From positions 1,024,001 through 1,088,000 of the forward strand of contig CBDBCY010000004.1 in NCBI GenBank assembly GCA_965203555.1: a stretch of 64,000 nt of DNA. The letters are read 5' to 3'. The position numbers and the translations under genes are program-made. The notes under the pieces were generated by a model. The model was not told the DNA's origin, did no database searches, and worked only from the letters and a program-made list of their open reading frames with translations. This document shows positions 51,523 through 62,086 of this stretch, in pieces; within the stretch, counting starts at the first letter, position 1, and each line of letters starts with the position of its first letter. The stretch comes from Acidimicrobiia bacterium. Lineage in GTDB: Bacteria > Actinomycetota > Acidimicrobiia > Spongiisociales > ZC4RG35.

Positions 51523-52617
51523 GTGTCAGTCATGTCCAATAGCTTCGGCACAAGGCTGACTGTCGGGTTGGCTGCGTTGGTACTGGTAACGGCGTCCTGT
51601 GCATCCGAAAGCCCCGACACCGACGCCCGAGAGATGCTGCCGGGTGAAGGCGTGTCGGTAACCATGGCAAGGGGGAACTGGTCGACCGGTTATATGCAGG
51701 CCGCTATCTACGCAGCCTTGCTGACTGAACTGGGCTATGAGGTAAGCCGTCCGGCTGACCTGGAATTGCCTCCCTCCAACGCCTACGTGGCCATGGCCAA
51801 CGGCGAATTCGACTTCTGGGTCAACTCCTGGTTCCCCAACCACAACCAGTTCCTCGCCGGAGAGATGCCCGACGGCACCTTGGTGGGTGACCACCTGACG
51901 GTGCTCGGTTGGGAGATGCGCACCGGTGGCCTGCAGGGCGTCCTTACCAATAAGGACCTTGTGACAGAGCACGGAATAGAGACGCTCGACCAGATCGTGA
52001 ACGATCCCGCCCTGTTCACGATCTTCGAGGAGGGCGATACCCATCCTGGCGACGGCACACTCCAGTTGCTGGGATGCCCCGAGGGATGGGGATGTCACAT
52101 AACCATCGACGCCTGGATCGAAAACGCGGGTTGGGAGAAGGTCGAGCAACTGGAGGTTGCTTCCTACGACGTCCTGATCGCCGAGGCCATCTCCCGGGAC
52201 TCCGCCGGCATTCCGTACATCGTCTATTCCTGGGCCCCCAGTTCGTATGTGGCCGACCTGCGCCCGGGCGACAATGCCATCTGGCTGTCCACATCCCACG
52301 AGTCGATCTCCCCCAGCCAGACGGAAGGCCCGTCCACCCTGGAGGCGGGAGAGTGCTCCACCGACTCCTGCAACCTTGGGTGGGACGCAGCCGACATCCG
52401 CGTCACGGCCCACAACGATTTCCTGGCCGCCAATCCCGCCGCCGCTGCCCTCTTCGAGTTGGTGGTGATCAGCCCGATCGATGTTGCTTTGCAGAACGTT
52501 GCCTACGGCCTGGGCGAAAACACCGAGGACGACATCCACCGCCACGCTGCCGAATGGATCGAAGGCAACCGCGACACAGTTAACCAATGGATCGCCGCTG
52601 CAAGGAGCGCAGGCTGA
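51523..52617 (+). CDS. Betaine-type ABC substrate-binding lipoprotein (paralog of the preceding domains)
   Basis: Lipobox TASC, strong visible similarity to 49213-51414. The start may be ATG 51532. Confidence 0.9.
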   Translation: MSVMSNSFGTRLTVGLAALVLVTASCASESPDTDAREMLPGEGVSVTMARGNWSTGYMQAAIYAALLTELGYEVSRPADLELPPSNAYVAMANGEFDFWVNSWFPNHNQFLAGEMPDGTLVGDHLTVLGWEMRTGGLQGVLTNKDLVTEHGIETLDQIVNDPALFTIFEEGDTHPGDGTLQLLGCPEGWGCHITIDAWIENAGWEKVEQLEVASYDVLIAEAISRDSAGIPYIVYSWAPSSYVADLRPGDNAIWLSTSHESISPSQTEGPSTLEAGECSTDSCNLGWDAADIRVTAHNDFLAANPAAAALFELVVISPIDVALQNVAYGLGENTEDDIHRHAAEWIEGNRDTVNQWIAAARSAG

Positions 52618-52716
52618 TCCACCGGACATACAGGCCACAGAGAGGAAGGATTCTGACCGGTCCGTCCCCCGGGCACAGGGAGGAAAGATCCCACCGCTTC
52701 CTTACACTGAACAGCC

Positions 52717-53499
52717 ATGGGTGAAGGTCTGCGGGTAGTCAAAGAGCCTCCCCTGCTGGAGGTGGTCATCGACCGGCCCAAAGCCAATGCCATAGATGCC
52801 GCGACCAGCCGGTTGATGGGAGATGTATTTGGAGCCTTCCGGGATGATCCCGCCTACCGGGTCGCCATCCTGACCGGCGCCGGGGATCGGTTCTTCTCGG
52901 CGGGCTGGGACCTGAAAGCCGCCTCGGAGGGGGAATCCTACGAAGCGGATTGGGGCTTGGGAGGTTTCGGAGGATTCCCCGAGTTGGAGGGCCTCAACAA
53001 GCCGGTGATCTGCGCGGTCAACGGCATCGCCGCCGGAGGAGGGTTCGAGATCGTGCTGGCTGCCGACCTGGTGGTGGCGGCGGACACCGCCCAGTTCCTG
53101 CTTCCCGAGGCATTCATGGGGTTTCCCCCCGACATCGGCGCCGTTCGCCTCCCCAGGCAGATCCCCCCACTGCTCGCCAAAGAGATCCTCTTGACGGGAA
53201 GACGAGTGGACATGGAGCAGGCCCTGCGGTGGGGAATGGTGAACCAGGTGGTTTCTCCCGGCCAACTCATGGATGCCGCCCGCCGCTTGGCCGAGCGGAT
53301 CTGCGAAGCCGCTCCCCTGGCGGTGGAGGCCATTTTGGAGATGATCCGGGACACCTCGCAAATGGGGGTGGCCGATGCTTTGACCCACATCCGGTCAGGC
53401 GAAGTGGCCGCATACCGCAGAGCCCTCGACTCCTCTGATGCCCTCGAAGGGCCGAGAGCCTTTGCCGAAAGACGTTCGCCCCGTTGGACCGGCGCCTAG
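52717..53499 (+). CDS. Enoyl-CoA hydratase/carnitinyl-CoA dehydratase (CaiD-like)
   Basis: DRPKANAID, FFSAGWDLKAA, GGFGG, AVNGIAAGGGFE, EGPRAFAE. Confidence 0.88.
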   Translation: MGEGLRVVKEPPLLEVVIDRPKANAIDAATSRLMGDVFGAFRDDPAYRVAILTGAGDRFFSAGWDLKAASEGESYEADWGLGGFGGFPELEGLNKPVICAVNGIAAGGGFEIVLAADLVVAADTAQFLLPEAFMGFPPDIGAVRLPRQIPPLLAKEILLTGRRVDMEQALRWGMVNQVVSPGQLMDAARRLAERICEAAPLAVEAILEMIRDTSQMGVADALTHIRSGEVAAYRRALDSSDALEGPRAFAERRSPRWTGA

Positions 53500-53532
53500 C
53501 GCGACGGTGACGCTTTTGGGTGGGGGGCTGTT

Positions 53533-54749
53533 TCATTTTCTCTGTTTGATCGGGCGTCGGCGCGTGGATCGGCGTCGGCCGCTCCGGTACTTAGGTCGGG
53601 GTGGGCGTCCCCATTGGGTGGGTGGCGGGCGGAGCCGGTAGGCGCCGGTTGTAGTGCGTTCAACCTGCCAGTCGTTGTCGTGTACTTTGTGGTGGCATCT
53701 GCTGCACAGAAGACACATGTTGTCCAGGTTGGTGGGACCCCGATCTTGCCAGTGGACGATGTGATGCGCCTGGCACCAGGAGGCCTTGGCGCCGCAACCG
53801 ATGCAGTGTTTGTCGCGGGCGACAAGAGCGGCCCGTTGGGAACCGCTCGCCGTTCGCCGAGCCCGTCCCAAATCCAGCGGCACCGACGAACCCGAAAAGA
53901 TCGCCGGGAGGATCTGAGCGTCACACGCCAACTGTCGCAGCGTCCGGGCGGGGAGGGGGGTTCCGTTCTCCAGGCGAGGGTTGCCCAACTGTTTGCTGAC
54001 CGTGTCGTAGTCGGCGATCAACAACAACCTCACGCCCTGGGAACCACCGTCTTTTCCTTCCCGAGTCACCAGTTCGGCAATGGCGTCGGCCATCCGCTGA
54101 CCCGCAGCAGCCCGATCCCTGGGGTCTTCCTTATGCCAGAGTTGGTTCATCATGTGAGACACCGCCGTCTCCACCCGCGCACCCGTAACAGGGTCGAAAC
54201 GCCCATACAACACGGTCATCCCGTCGTCCTGGTCAGTGGTGATCTTCGCGAACCGCCGCGAACGCTGATGCTCCAACTTCGACACACCATCATCCTCTGA
54301 ACGCCTCTGTTCGTGTTTGCGTACCGTACGGGCGAACTTGTCAGGAGACTGGGAACGGGCCCCGTCCAACAATTCGTCCTCGACGATGGTTCCCCTCTGG
54401 TTGGCGCCCGCCAAAATACGGGCGTTGTCAGCAGAGATCTCTCCCTTGCGTAACCCTTCCCGGGTTTTGGGCAGTTCCTCCAACCCCGGGCGGTCTCCAC
54501 CTCCGACCGGGCCTTCCGACGGCCCAACAGCCCGCCCTCCCGCAAAATCGTCTCCACCTTCTCTGTTCCCTGCCGTCGGCGCAACTCCGACACCGCCTGG
54601 GCGCGGACCGCGGCGGCTTGGTTCTGGACGCGGATGGTGGACTGGATACGCTGTTTCAGTTCTTCGACCGACGCATCCACGACCGGCAGAGAGGGTGACA
54701 GGAGCCTGGCCAGGTTGGCGGACCGTCGGCTGTTGACTGCTTGTTTCAT
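53533..54749 (-). pseudogene. DUF222 + HNH endonuclease (REP13E12-like), frameshifted near 54485
   Basis: C-terminal LACDA, RD..C.GC, CQAHH, TNLDNMCLLCSRCHH. The N-terminus (MKQAVNS...ARSEVETAR) is in another frame. Confidence 0.82.
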
Positions 54750-54777
54750 GCTTACAGTATGCACAGAGGGTGTGACA
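54750..54777 (-). promoter_or_regulatory. Leaderless promoter resembling the RecA-NDp/PafBC motif
   Basis: Minus strand reads TGTCAC-N10-CATACT-N6-ATG, the same geometry as at dinG. Confidence 0.5.
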
Positions 54778-55083
54778 AAACACCCCGCATATTGCTAAGT
54801 TGTGAAAACAAACACTAAAACTTTTCCGCAAGAATCCACCTCATAGTTCGACTGCTGCCGAGGGGTGACCACCCGGCAACCCCGCACACAGATACCGGGG
54901 GAACTCCAGTGATCTTGCAAAACCGAACCAATACGAGTGGAAATTCATGTAGAATTGCAGACGTAGATCGTTCCGAGGAACCGGCGCCTATCAACCCCCG
55001 AAGATCGTTCGGAAGTCGGTTCCGGGAAGTCTTGACCACAGGCCTCACAGGCCACCCTTTACATAAGGACGGCGTTACCTGCC

Positions 55084-56337
55084 ATGAAGCACTTAGCCGC
55101 GCTCTTTCTATCGATGTGCCTGCTTGGCGTCGGCCACGGCCTGGGCACCTCCCTCCTTGGAGTTCGCTCCACCATCGAGGGTTTTTCCGACCTGGCGGCG
55201 GGAATAGCCCTGTCCGGCTATTACGTCGGGTTCCTGGCGGGAAGCCGGTTCGTCGGGAACATGTTGGCCAACGTGGGACACATACGGGTGTTTGCCGGCC
55301 TGGCGGCCCTGATTTCCTCGGTCATGCTGCTGCACTCGCTGGTCCTGAGTCCTCCGGCATGGTTTATTCTCCGGTTGGCGGCCGGATTCTGCATGTCGGG
55401 AATCTACATCACCGCCGACAGTTGGCTGAACAACCAGGTCACCAACCACAACCGCGGCCGGGTTCTGGGCATCTACATGATGATGGGGATGGGAGGCATG
55501 GCGGTCGGACAGCTTCTGATCGGCGCCTCCGATCCCGGCGGATTCGCCCTGTTCATCCTGGTCTCGATGATGCTCTCGCTGTCCCTGGTACCGCTCTCTC
55601 TGACTCGAATAGACCCACCGGAGGTACCGGAGCGCAAGAAGGCAAACATCAGAGGCGTGTATCGGACCGCCCCGCTGGCGATCGTGGGCGCCGCCGCGGC
55701 GGGACTCACGCAGGGGGCCATCCTCACCATGGGTCCGGTGTACGGCGCCCAGGTGGGCCTGCCGAGCACCCAGGTGGGGTGGGTGATGAGCGCCCTGCTG
55801 TTCGGCTCGGCGGCGATGATCCCCCTGGGACGTCTCTCCGACCGCATCCCCCGGCGACGGGTGATCCTGGCAGTCACCGCGGGAGCGTTTGTTGTGAGCG
55901 TTCTCATGTCGATCGGGCCGGTCGACCCGGCGGCGTTCGCAGGCGTCATGCTGGCATACGGCGCGCTCACCTTCCCCGTGTATGCCTTGTCGATGAGCCA
56001 TATGAACGATCTGTTGGAACGCTCCCAGCTCGTTCCCGGGATGGCCACCCTGGTCACCTTCATGGGCCTGGGCGCCATAGCCGGGCCGGTGCTCAGTTCC
56101 GCCCTGATGAGCCTGGTGGGACCGGACGGCCTGTGGATGGCCCTGGCCACCTTTCACGGCGCCTTCGCGGTCTACATTGTCTACCGGTTCGTGGAACGAC
56201 CCAGAATCGCCTATCGCATGAAAAGAGCCTTCGTGCCGATAACCATCCGCAGTTCGGCGCGAGTGGCATATCTCACCAGGAGAAGCAAAAGAAGGTTCAG
56301 AGGGGGCGGACGGTTGCCCTCCTCACCGCCCACGTAG
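55084..56337 (+). CDS. MFS transporter (YcaD-like)
   Basis: About 12 hydrophobic segments, VGHIRVFA, DSWLN, RGRVLGIY, GRLSDR. Confidence 0.9.
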   Translation: MKHLAALFLSMCLLGVGHGLGTSLLGVRSTIEGFSDLAAGIALSGYYVGFLAGSRFVGNMLANVGHIRVFAGLAALISSVMLLHSLVLSPPAWFILRLAAGFCMSGIYITADSWLNNQVTNHNRGRVLGIYMMMGMGGMAVGQLLIGASDPGGFALFILVSMMLSLSLVPLSLTRIDPPEVPERKKANIRGVYRTAPLAIVGAAAAGLTQGAILTMGPVYGAQVGLPSTQVGWVMSALLFGSAAMIPLGRLSDRIPRRRVILAVTAGAFVVSVLMSIGPVDPAAFAGVMLAYGALTFPVYALSMSHMNDLLERSQLVPGMATLVTFMGLGAIAGPVLSSALMSLVGPDGLWMALATFHGAFAVYIVYRFVERPRIAYRMKRAFVPITIRSSARVAYLTRRSKRRFRGGGRLPSSPPT

Positions 56338-56474
56338 ATGAACGACCAGGCTGGTTGAAAGCGGCGCAGACGGACGCCGGTGGACACCCGCCGGGCCTTG
56401 TAACCACATCTGCTCCGGCAAGAACAGGCTGAGACATCCCCAACCTTGCAGCCGAGGCTATTAAAGTCTCCAGC

Positions 56475-58139
56475 ATGATGACCGGCGCCCAAGCGCTCGC
56501 CGAAATGCTCGACGGGTACGGGGTGACCCACGTCTTCATGGTCCCCGCCATCCTGCGGCGCACCATGGTGGAACTGGAGCGGTTCGGGGTGCACCGCATC
56601 CAGACCCATGGCGAGAAGCCGGCCGCCTACATGGCCGACGGCTTCGCCAGGACGGCGGGCCGGCCCGGGGTGTGCATGGCCCAGGCGGTTGGCGCGCTCA
56701 ACCTGGCCGCCGGGTTGCGCGACGCTCACCTGGCCAACTCCCCGGTGATCGCCCTCACGGGAGGCCTCCACCCCACCATGGCCGGCCGGGGCGTCTACCA
56801 GGAGGTCGACGATCTCCCCGCCTTCGCCAACGTCACCAAGTTCAACGCCTCCGTCGACCGGGTGGAGCAGATCCCCGACTTCATCCGCCAGGCCTTCCGT
56901 TCCGCGGTGTCGGGCTGTCCGGGACCGGCCCATGTCCGGTTCGCGGGCAACGAGGGCCAGATCGACCTCGCGGAGGGCGATCTCGACCCGCGGGTCGAGA
57001 GAGGATTCGCCTCCGTTCCGCCGGAGCGGCCGCTCCCCGACCCCGACGACGTGGCTGGGGCCCTGGAACTGTTGGACCGCGCCGAGCGGCCCGTGATCGT
57101 GGCGGGAGGGGGAGTCCGCATCTCCGGAGCTTCGAGCCAACTCACCGCCCTGGCCGAGCGTCTCTCCATCCCGGTGGTGACCTCCCTCAACGGGAAGGAC
57201 ACCGTCCCCGGTACCCATCCGCTGGCCGTCGGGGCGGTCGGCAGGTACTCTCGCAGCGCCGCCAACCGGGTGGTGAACCGGGCCGACCTGGTGTGCTTCG
57301 TCGGTTCCAGCACCAGCAGCATGACCACCCACTCCTGGCGGGTTCCGGCCCCGGGAACACCCGCCATCCAGGTCGACATCGACCCGGACATGCTGGGCCG
57401 CAACTACCCCCTGCAGGTGTCCATCAACGCCGATGCCCGGATGACCCTCGCCGCCATCCTGGAAAGAGCCGGCCCGCGGGATCCGGGACGGGAGGAGTGG
57501 CTGGCCGAGGTCCGCCGGGAGGTCATCGCCTGGCGGGAACAGCACCGGCGCCATCTCGAATCCGACGCGGTGCCCATCCGCCCGGAGCGGATCTGCTCGG
57601 AACTGACCAGCCTGGTACCGGACGACGCCTGCGTGTTGGTCGACACCGGGCACGCCGGCATGTGGATGGGCGGCATGTTCGACACCCGCACATCCGACCA
57701 GAGCTACCTGCGCAGCGCCGGTCACCTGGGCTGGGCCTTCCCGGCCTCCCTCGGCGCCAAGTGCGCGGCGCCGGACCGCCCCGTGGTCTGTTTCACCGGC
57801 GACGGGGGGTTCTGGTACCACATTGCCGAGGTGGAGACGGCGGTCCGATGGGGCATCAACACCGTCACCGTGGTCAACAACAACTCCTCGGGCAACCAGT
57901 CGACCATCGGCTTCGACCGGGCCTACGGCGGCCGGCAAACCCCGGAGGGACGCCGCCTCTGGACCTTTACCGACGTGGACTTCGCCCGCCTCGCCGAGGG
58001 AATGGGAGCCATCGGCATCCGGGTCACCAGACCCGGCCACCTCCGCTCAGCCCTGGAACAGGCGCTGGAGGCCGAGCGCCCGGTGGTCGTCGACGTGGTA
58101 ACCGACATCGAAGCCCTCGCGCCCCTCCCAGTGATCTGA
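56475..58139 (+). CDS. Thiamine-diphosphate-dependent enzyme (acetolactate synthase-like)
   Basis: E..AAYMADGFAR, IQVDIDP, GDGGF...NN ThDP motif. Confidence 0.9.
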   Translation: MMTGAQALAEMLDGYGVTHVFMVPAILRRTMVELERFGVHRIQTHGEKPAAYMADGFARTAGRPGVCMAQAVGALNLAAGLRDAHLANSPVIALTGGLHPTMAGRGVYQEVDDLPAFANVTKFNASVDRVEQIPDFIRQAFRSAVSGCPGPAHVRFAGNEGQIDLAEGDLDPRVERGFASVPPERPLPDPDDVAGALELLDRAERPVIVAGGGVRISGASSQLTALAERLSIPVVTSLNGKDTVPGTHPLAVGAVGRYSRSAANRVVNRADLVCFVGSSTSSMTTHSWRVPAPGTPAIQVDIDPDMLGRNYPLQVSINADARMTLAAILERAGPRDPGREEWLAEVRREVIAWREQHRRHLESDAVPIRPERICSELTSLVPDDACVLVDTGHAGMWMGGMFDTRTSDQSYLRSAGHLGWAFPASLGAKCAAPDRPVVCFTGDGGFWYHIAEVETAVRWGINTVTVVNNNSSGNQSTIGFDRAYGGRQTPEGRRLWTFTDVDFARLAEGMGAIGIRVTRPGHLRSALEQALEAERPVVVDVVTDIEALAPLPVI

Positions 58140-58233
58140 CCCCTCCACCGGCGCGCAACCGCCGACCGCACCCCTCACCTGATCCTCGCACCCCAACCGA
58201 GGGGGTGGTCCGGAAACGCCGTCGGGGACCTGC

Positions 58234-58278
58234 AAAAAAAGAGAGTGACCGGTGGCCCCGCGGTCACCGGTCACTCTC
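58234..58278 (-). terminator. Intrinsic terminator
   Basis: GAGAGTGACCGGTG...CACCGGTCACTCTC hairpin with an A7 tract (U7 on the minus strand). Confidence 0.9.
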
Positions 58279-58301
58279 AAGATGTCTGGTTGGTTAGTGG
58301 T

Positions 58302-59720
58302 TTACTGCTCGGCTACGTTGGCGCGCCAGCCTTCCTCGATGATCGGAACCCAGTCGCCCCGCAGTTCGGGGAGCCCGGAGATTTCACCGGGATCCACGAC
58401 CGAGGGATGCCTCGGAACGTCGGCGAATGCCGACTGCGAAGCAGCGTTGAGCACGTTGATCTGGCCCCAAACCTCGGGATAGGCCTTGTGCAACTGAGCG
58501 TCAAGGCTGAGCAGGAAGTCTGCTGCCACGAGGGTGGCTGCCTTGTTCGGAGAGTTGTAGGGAATAGCCACGAAGTTGGTGTTTCCGATCTGGCCACTGC
58601 TGAGACCGTAGGTCCTCGTCGACTCGGGGAAGACGCCGGTGTCCACCTTGGAACCTGCGGAGGCAGGACCGTAGGCGAGGAAGTGGGTGACTTCGGAGTT
58701 GGAGTACAGGGTTTCCAGAGCGGGCTGGTCCACCGGGTAGGTGGTGCCTTCACGCCACAGGCAGGGCTCGAGGTCGTTCAGGGTCTGCCAGGTCGCTTCG
58801 GCCACTTGGTCGTAGAGAGCCTGGTCGAAGGGGACCAACAGGTCGTTCAACCCGCCGGGGAGGATCTTCTCGGCTTCGCTGTAGAACACATGGCGCACGA
58901 ACACGCTTCCGGTGAAGTCCGGAGGCGCCGGGTAGGTGAAGGTGCCCGGATTGGCGCAGGCGTGGGCCAGGAGGCCTTCGATGTCCGCGGGAGGATCGGG
59001 CAACAGGTCGCTGTTGTAGAACACCGCCGACTGGGCCTTGTTCCAGGGCACTTCGCACTCGTCAACCGGGGTGCCGAAGTCGAAGGTCAAGGTCCCGTCG
59101 TTCATGTCCACGTTCTGGAAGCTGGGAAGCAGGTCCCAATAGCCGCACAGCAGCAGGCCGCCCTGCTTCATGGTGCGGAAGTTCTCACCGTTTATCCAGA
59201 TCATGTCCACCGATCCGCTGGTGTACTCGCCCGCCTCGGTCTCGCTGAGCACGGTGTCGACCGCGTTGACGGTGTCGGTGATCCTCACCTGGTTCAGGTC
59301 GATGTTGAACCGCGACTTGAGCTCGACTCCGACCCACTCGTTCACATAGGCGTTAATCGTGGCGCTGCCACCCCACATGAACCAGTTGACCCGGCCGCCG
59401 TCAGCGGCAGCCACGATCTCATCCCAGGACATTCCGCCGACCTCGGAATTGTCCACGTCCAGGAGTCCCGGACCGGTCGGGCCCATCATCATGGGCTCCT
59501 CTTCCTCCATGGCCTCTTCCTCGTGGTCGTGGTCGTCCTCTTCCATGTGCTCTTCTTCGGGAGCTTCGGTGGTGGCGGGCGCCGCAGTCGTGGCGGGCGC
59601 CGCAGTGGTAGCGGGCGCCGCAGTCGTGGCGGCGGGCTCGTCGTCGCCGCCGCACGCAGCGGCTACCAGCATCAGGCACGCGGAAACAATCACCCAGCGC
59701 GCAAATCGGGAATTACGCAT
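58302..59720 (-). CDS. ABC transporter substrate-binding lipoprotein (YnjB-like)
   Basis: Lipobox AAAC, ATTAAP repeats, MWGGS, DMIWINGENF, FTYPAPPDFTGS, FVAIPYNS. Confidence 0.88.
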   Translation of the reverse strand: MRNSRFARWVIVSACLMLVAAACGGDDEPAATTAAPATTAAPATTAAPATTEAPEEEHMEEDDHDHEEEAMEEEEPMMMGPTGPGLLDVDNSEVGGMSWDEIVAAADGGRVNWFMWGGSATINAYVNEWVGVELKSRFNIDLNQVRITDTVNAVDTVLSETEAGEYTSGSVDMIWINGENFRTMKQGGLLLCGYWDLLPSFQNVDMNDGTLTFDFGTPVDECEVPWNKAQSAVFYNSDLLPDPPADIEGLLAHACANPGTFTYPAPPDFTGSVFVRHVFYSEAEKILPGGLNDLLVPFDQALYDQVAEATWQTLNDLEPCLWREGTTYPVDQPALETLYSNSEVTHFLAYGPASAGSKVDTGVFPESTRTYGLSSGQIGNTNFVAIPYNSPNKAATLVAADFLLSLDAQLHKAYPEVWGQINVLNAASQSAFADVPRHPSVVDPGEISGLPELRGDWVPIIEEGWRANVAEQ

Positions 59721-60009
59721 TTGTATGGTCCTCCTGTTCGTACAACTCGTTACGGACCTGCCAACGGCGCGCAACGTTAGGCATCGCCCGCAAATCCGTT
59801 TCTCACCATAGCCCTACGCTGGCCCACCGGCAAAATCACAGCAGGTGAGGCCTACTTCAGGTCCCCGCCTGCCCGCTTTACCCTCTCCGGCGTATCCAGG
59901 TTCGAAGCAGGCCATGTCTCCTTCCGCGTCTTCGCACAGTCCCGGATCCCGACTCGACACACGCCCCGGGCTGATAGACCCATGTTTCAAATGAAAAGGG
60001 GGCGGTTAT

Positions 60010-60041
60010 GCACTGATGCAGTGCTATTATGACATGCATCA
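60010..60041. promoter_or_regulatory. Inverted repeats at the TA promoter
   Basis: GCACTG-ATG-CAGTGC and TGATGCA-N14-TGCATCA abutting the antitoxin ATG. Confidence 0.55.
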
Positions 60042-60298
60042 TGCGGACCACCATTTCTCTCGAAGACCGACTGGCGAAGCAGGTGCGCCGGGCAGCCGCA
60101 ACCCGTGGTCTCAGCGTAAGCGCCTTCATTTCCGAGACCCTGGACGATGCCCTGAAGCGTACCGAGCCATCAGAGCAGCCTCCCTTCGAGTTGATCACCG
60201 TGCGCGGGGTCCATCCTCTCCCAGGAGTCGACCTGGATCGGCCCAGAACGCTCGATGTGCAGGATGACGAAACCCGTTTCGCGTCCGGCAGTCGCTGA
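60041..60298 (+). CDS. vapB: VapB-type antitoxin (RHH/CopG)
   Basis: MRTTISLED.L...R..A..RG.S.S..I.E.L, PGVDLD. Confidence 0.88.
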   Translation: MRTTISLEDRLAKQVRRAAATRGLSVSAFISETLDDALKRTEPSEQPPFELITVRGVHPLPGVDLDRPRTLDVQDDETRFASGSR

Positions 60299-60304
60299 TC
60301 CCGG

Positions 60305-60748
60305 ATGCTGCTTCCCGATGTCAATGTCCTGATCTATGCTCATATGGAGGACTCGACCATAGATCACGCCGAGTATGCGAGTTGGGTCACCCGTTTGGCG
60401 ACGGGATCTGAACCGTTCGCTCTATCTGTGCTGGTTCTCGCCGGTTTTATCCGCATTGTGACCAATCCCCGGATCTTCAATCCTCCATCCAATCTCGACC
60501 GGTCCTTCGCTTTCGTATCTTCGCTCGTGGAGCGGCCCAAGGCCCGACTGGTGGGCCCCGGCCCCGAGCATCTGGACATATTCGAGAGACTGTGCCGGGA
60601 ATCCGGGGCATCCGGGAAGCTGGTAGCCGACGCTCAACACGCAGCGGTCGCAATAGAACATGGCTGCACAATGGTGTCAACCGACTCCGACTTCAACCGG
60701 TTCCCAGGACTCCGATGGCGGCATCCGTTGCGTCCCGCCGGCATCTAG
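60305..60748 (+). CDS. vapC: VapC PIN-domain toxin
   Basis: LPDVNVLIYA, FIRIVTNPRIF, DAQHAAVAIEHG, STDSDF.RFPGL. Confidence 0.93.
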   Translation: MLLPDVNVLIYAHMEDSTIDHAEYASWVTRLATGSEPFALSVLVLAGFIRIVTNPRIFNPPSNLDRSFAFVSSLVERPKARLVGPGPEHLDIFERLCRESGASGKLVADAQHAAVAIEHGCTMVSTDSDFNRFPGLRWRHPLRPAGI

Positions 60749-60781
60749 CGCCCCCTGCCGGTCCCACAATCCAGCCTCTTT

Positions 60782-61981
60782 TCAACCCCGAAAGGTGTCC
60801 CCCCAGGTTTGCAGGGGGGCCAGTGCCCGGTCCGGGAACACTCCCAGGCCCGGCTCGTCGCTCAGTGTGAGCCGTCCGTCGGCCAGCGGGGGAAACGGCC
60901 GGGCCAGGCCCTCGCGAAGAGGGTTGGGGTTGCTGTCCACCTCCAATAACCCGTCGCCACCCGCCGCCGCCAGCAGATGGGCGGATGCCACCAGCCCGAT
61001 ACCCCCTCCCAAGTGGTGGGGACAGAACCTCCGTCCCGCTCCCAGGATCTCCCGGGCCACCGGCAGGCATCCCGATATCCCTCCCCACTTGGTGACGTCC
61101 GGTTGGATGACGGCCAGTGCGCCGGCCCCGATCGCCCGGCGGAACTCGCCCTCGCCACACAGGTTCTCCCCTCCCGCCAACCGAATCGGGGAAGCCCCGG
61201 CCAGTTCCGCCCACACCGAGTCCGGGTGGTTGGTCCGGATCGGCTCCTCCAGCCAGATCGGACCATAGGCCTCGAGAACCCTGCTCCACTTCGCTGCTTC
61301 TCCCGGAGACCAGGCCTGATTGGCGTCGACGGCAATGGGCGCCTCGGGCCCCGCCACCTCCCGCAGGGCTTCGAGGTTGGCGAGATCGGTCTCCTCTCCG
61401 AATCCGACCTTGAGCTTGAATGCCCGGTGGCCCGCCTCCGCGGCCTCCCGCGCCTGTTCTGCCACCCCATGCGGGCCGATTCCGCTGGCGTATGCGGGAA
61501 CGCTCCCGCCACTCCGGCGCCCTCCCAGGAATCTCCACAGCGGATCACCTGCTCGTCGGGCCGCCATGTCCCACAGAGCGATGTCGATCCCGGCGATAGC
61601 CTGGGAAAAGGGACCCGGCTCTCCTGACTGGATCGCCACGACGCGGGTCATAGAAGAAAGGTGTTCGAACACCGCCGCCGGACCGGTCCATCGCCGGCCC
61701 ACGATCAACGGCGCCAGAACCGAAAGGATCAGACGAGCGCGGTACTCGGCGGCGGGCGCGGGGAAGTTGCACCACGCCTCACCGTATCCGACGGCTCCCT
61801 CCGACGATCGGACTCCCACCACCACCGCCGGGCGATCGCTCATGGTCCCGAAGGAAGTCTGCACCGCCCGGGCCATCGGGGCGCGGTAGACATCCACCGA
61901 GACCGATTCGATCGTGAACGCATCGGTCTCGGGCCGGCCCGGAGGGTCCTCCCCCATCGATGGGCTGTCCTGGTCCTCCAT
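60782..61981 (-). CDS. Mandelate racemase/muconate lactonizing enzyme family (enolase superfamily)
   Basis: GYGE, IDIALWD, FKLKVG, VDANQ, WLEEP, GGEN, QPD, PHH. Confidence 0.92.
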   Translation of the reverse strand: MEDQDSPSMGEDPPGRPETDAFTIESVSVDVYRAPMARAVQTSFGTMSDRPAVVVGVRSSEGAVGYGEAWCNFPAPAAEYRARLILSVLAPLIVGRRWTGPAAVFEHLSSMTRVVAIQSGEPGPFSQAIAGIDIALWDMAARRAGDPLWRFLGGRRSGGSVPAYASGIGPHGVAEQAREAAEAGHRAFKLKVGFGEETDLANLEALREVAGPEAPIAVDANQAWSPGEAAKWSRVLEAYGPIWLEEPIRTNHPDSVWAELAGASPIRLAGGENLCGEGEFRRAIGAGALAVIQPDVTKWGGISGCLPVAREILGAGRRFCPHHLGGGIGLVASAHLLAAAGGDGLLEVDSNPNPLREGLARPFPPLADGRLTLSDEPGLGVFPDRALAPLQTWGDTFRG

Positions 61982-62086
61982 CCGGCCAAGTATGGTTACC
62001 GGTGTCCGAAACGACGAAGCGTGCCGGACGCCCATCCAACCTCGTGCTGGACAAGACCCCGACGCAGGAAAGGGCGGTGAGTTTGA

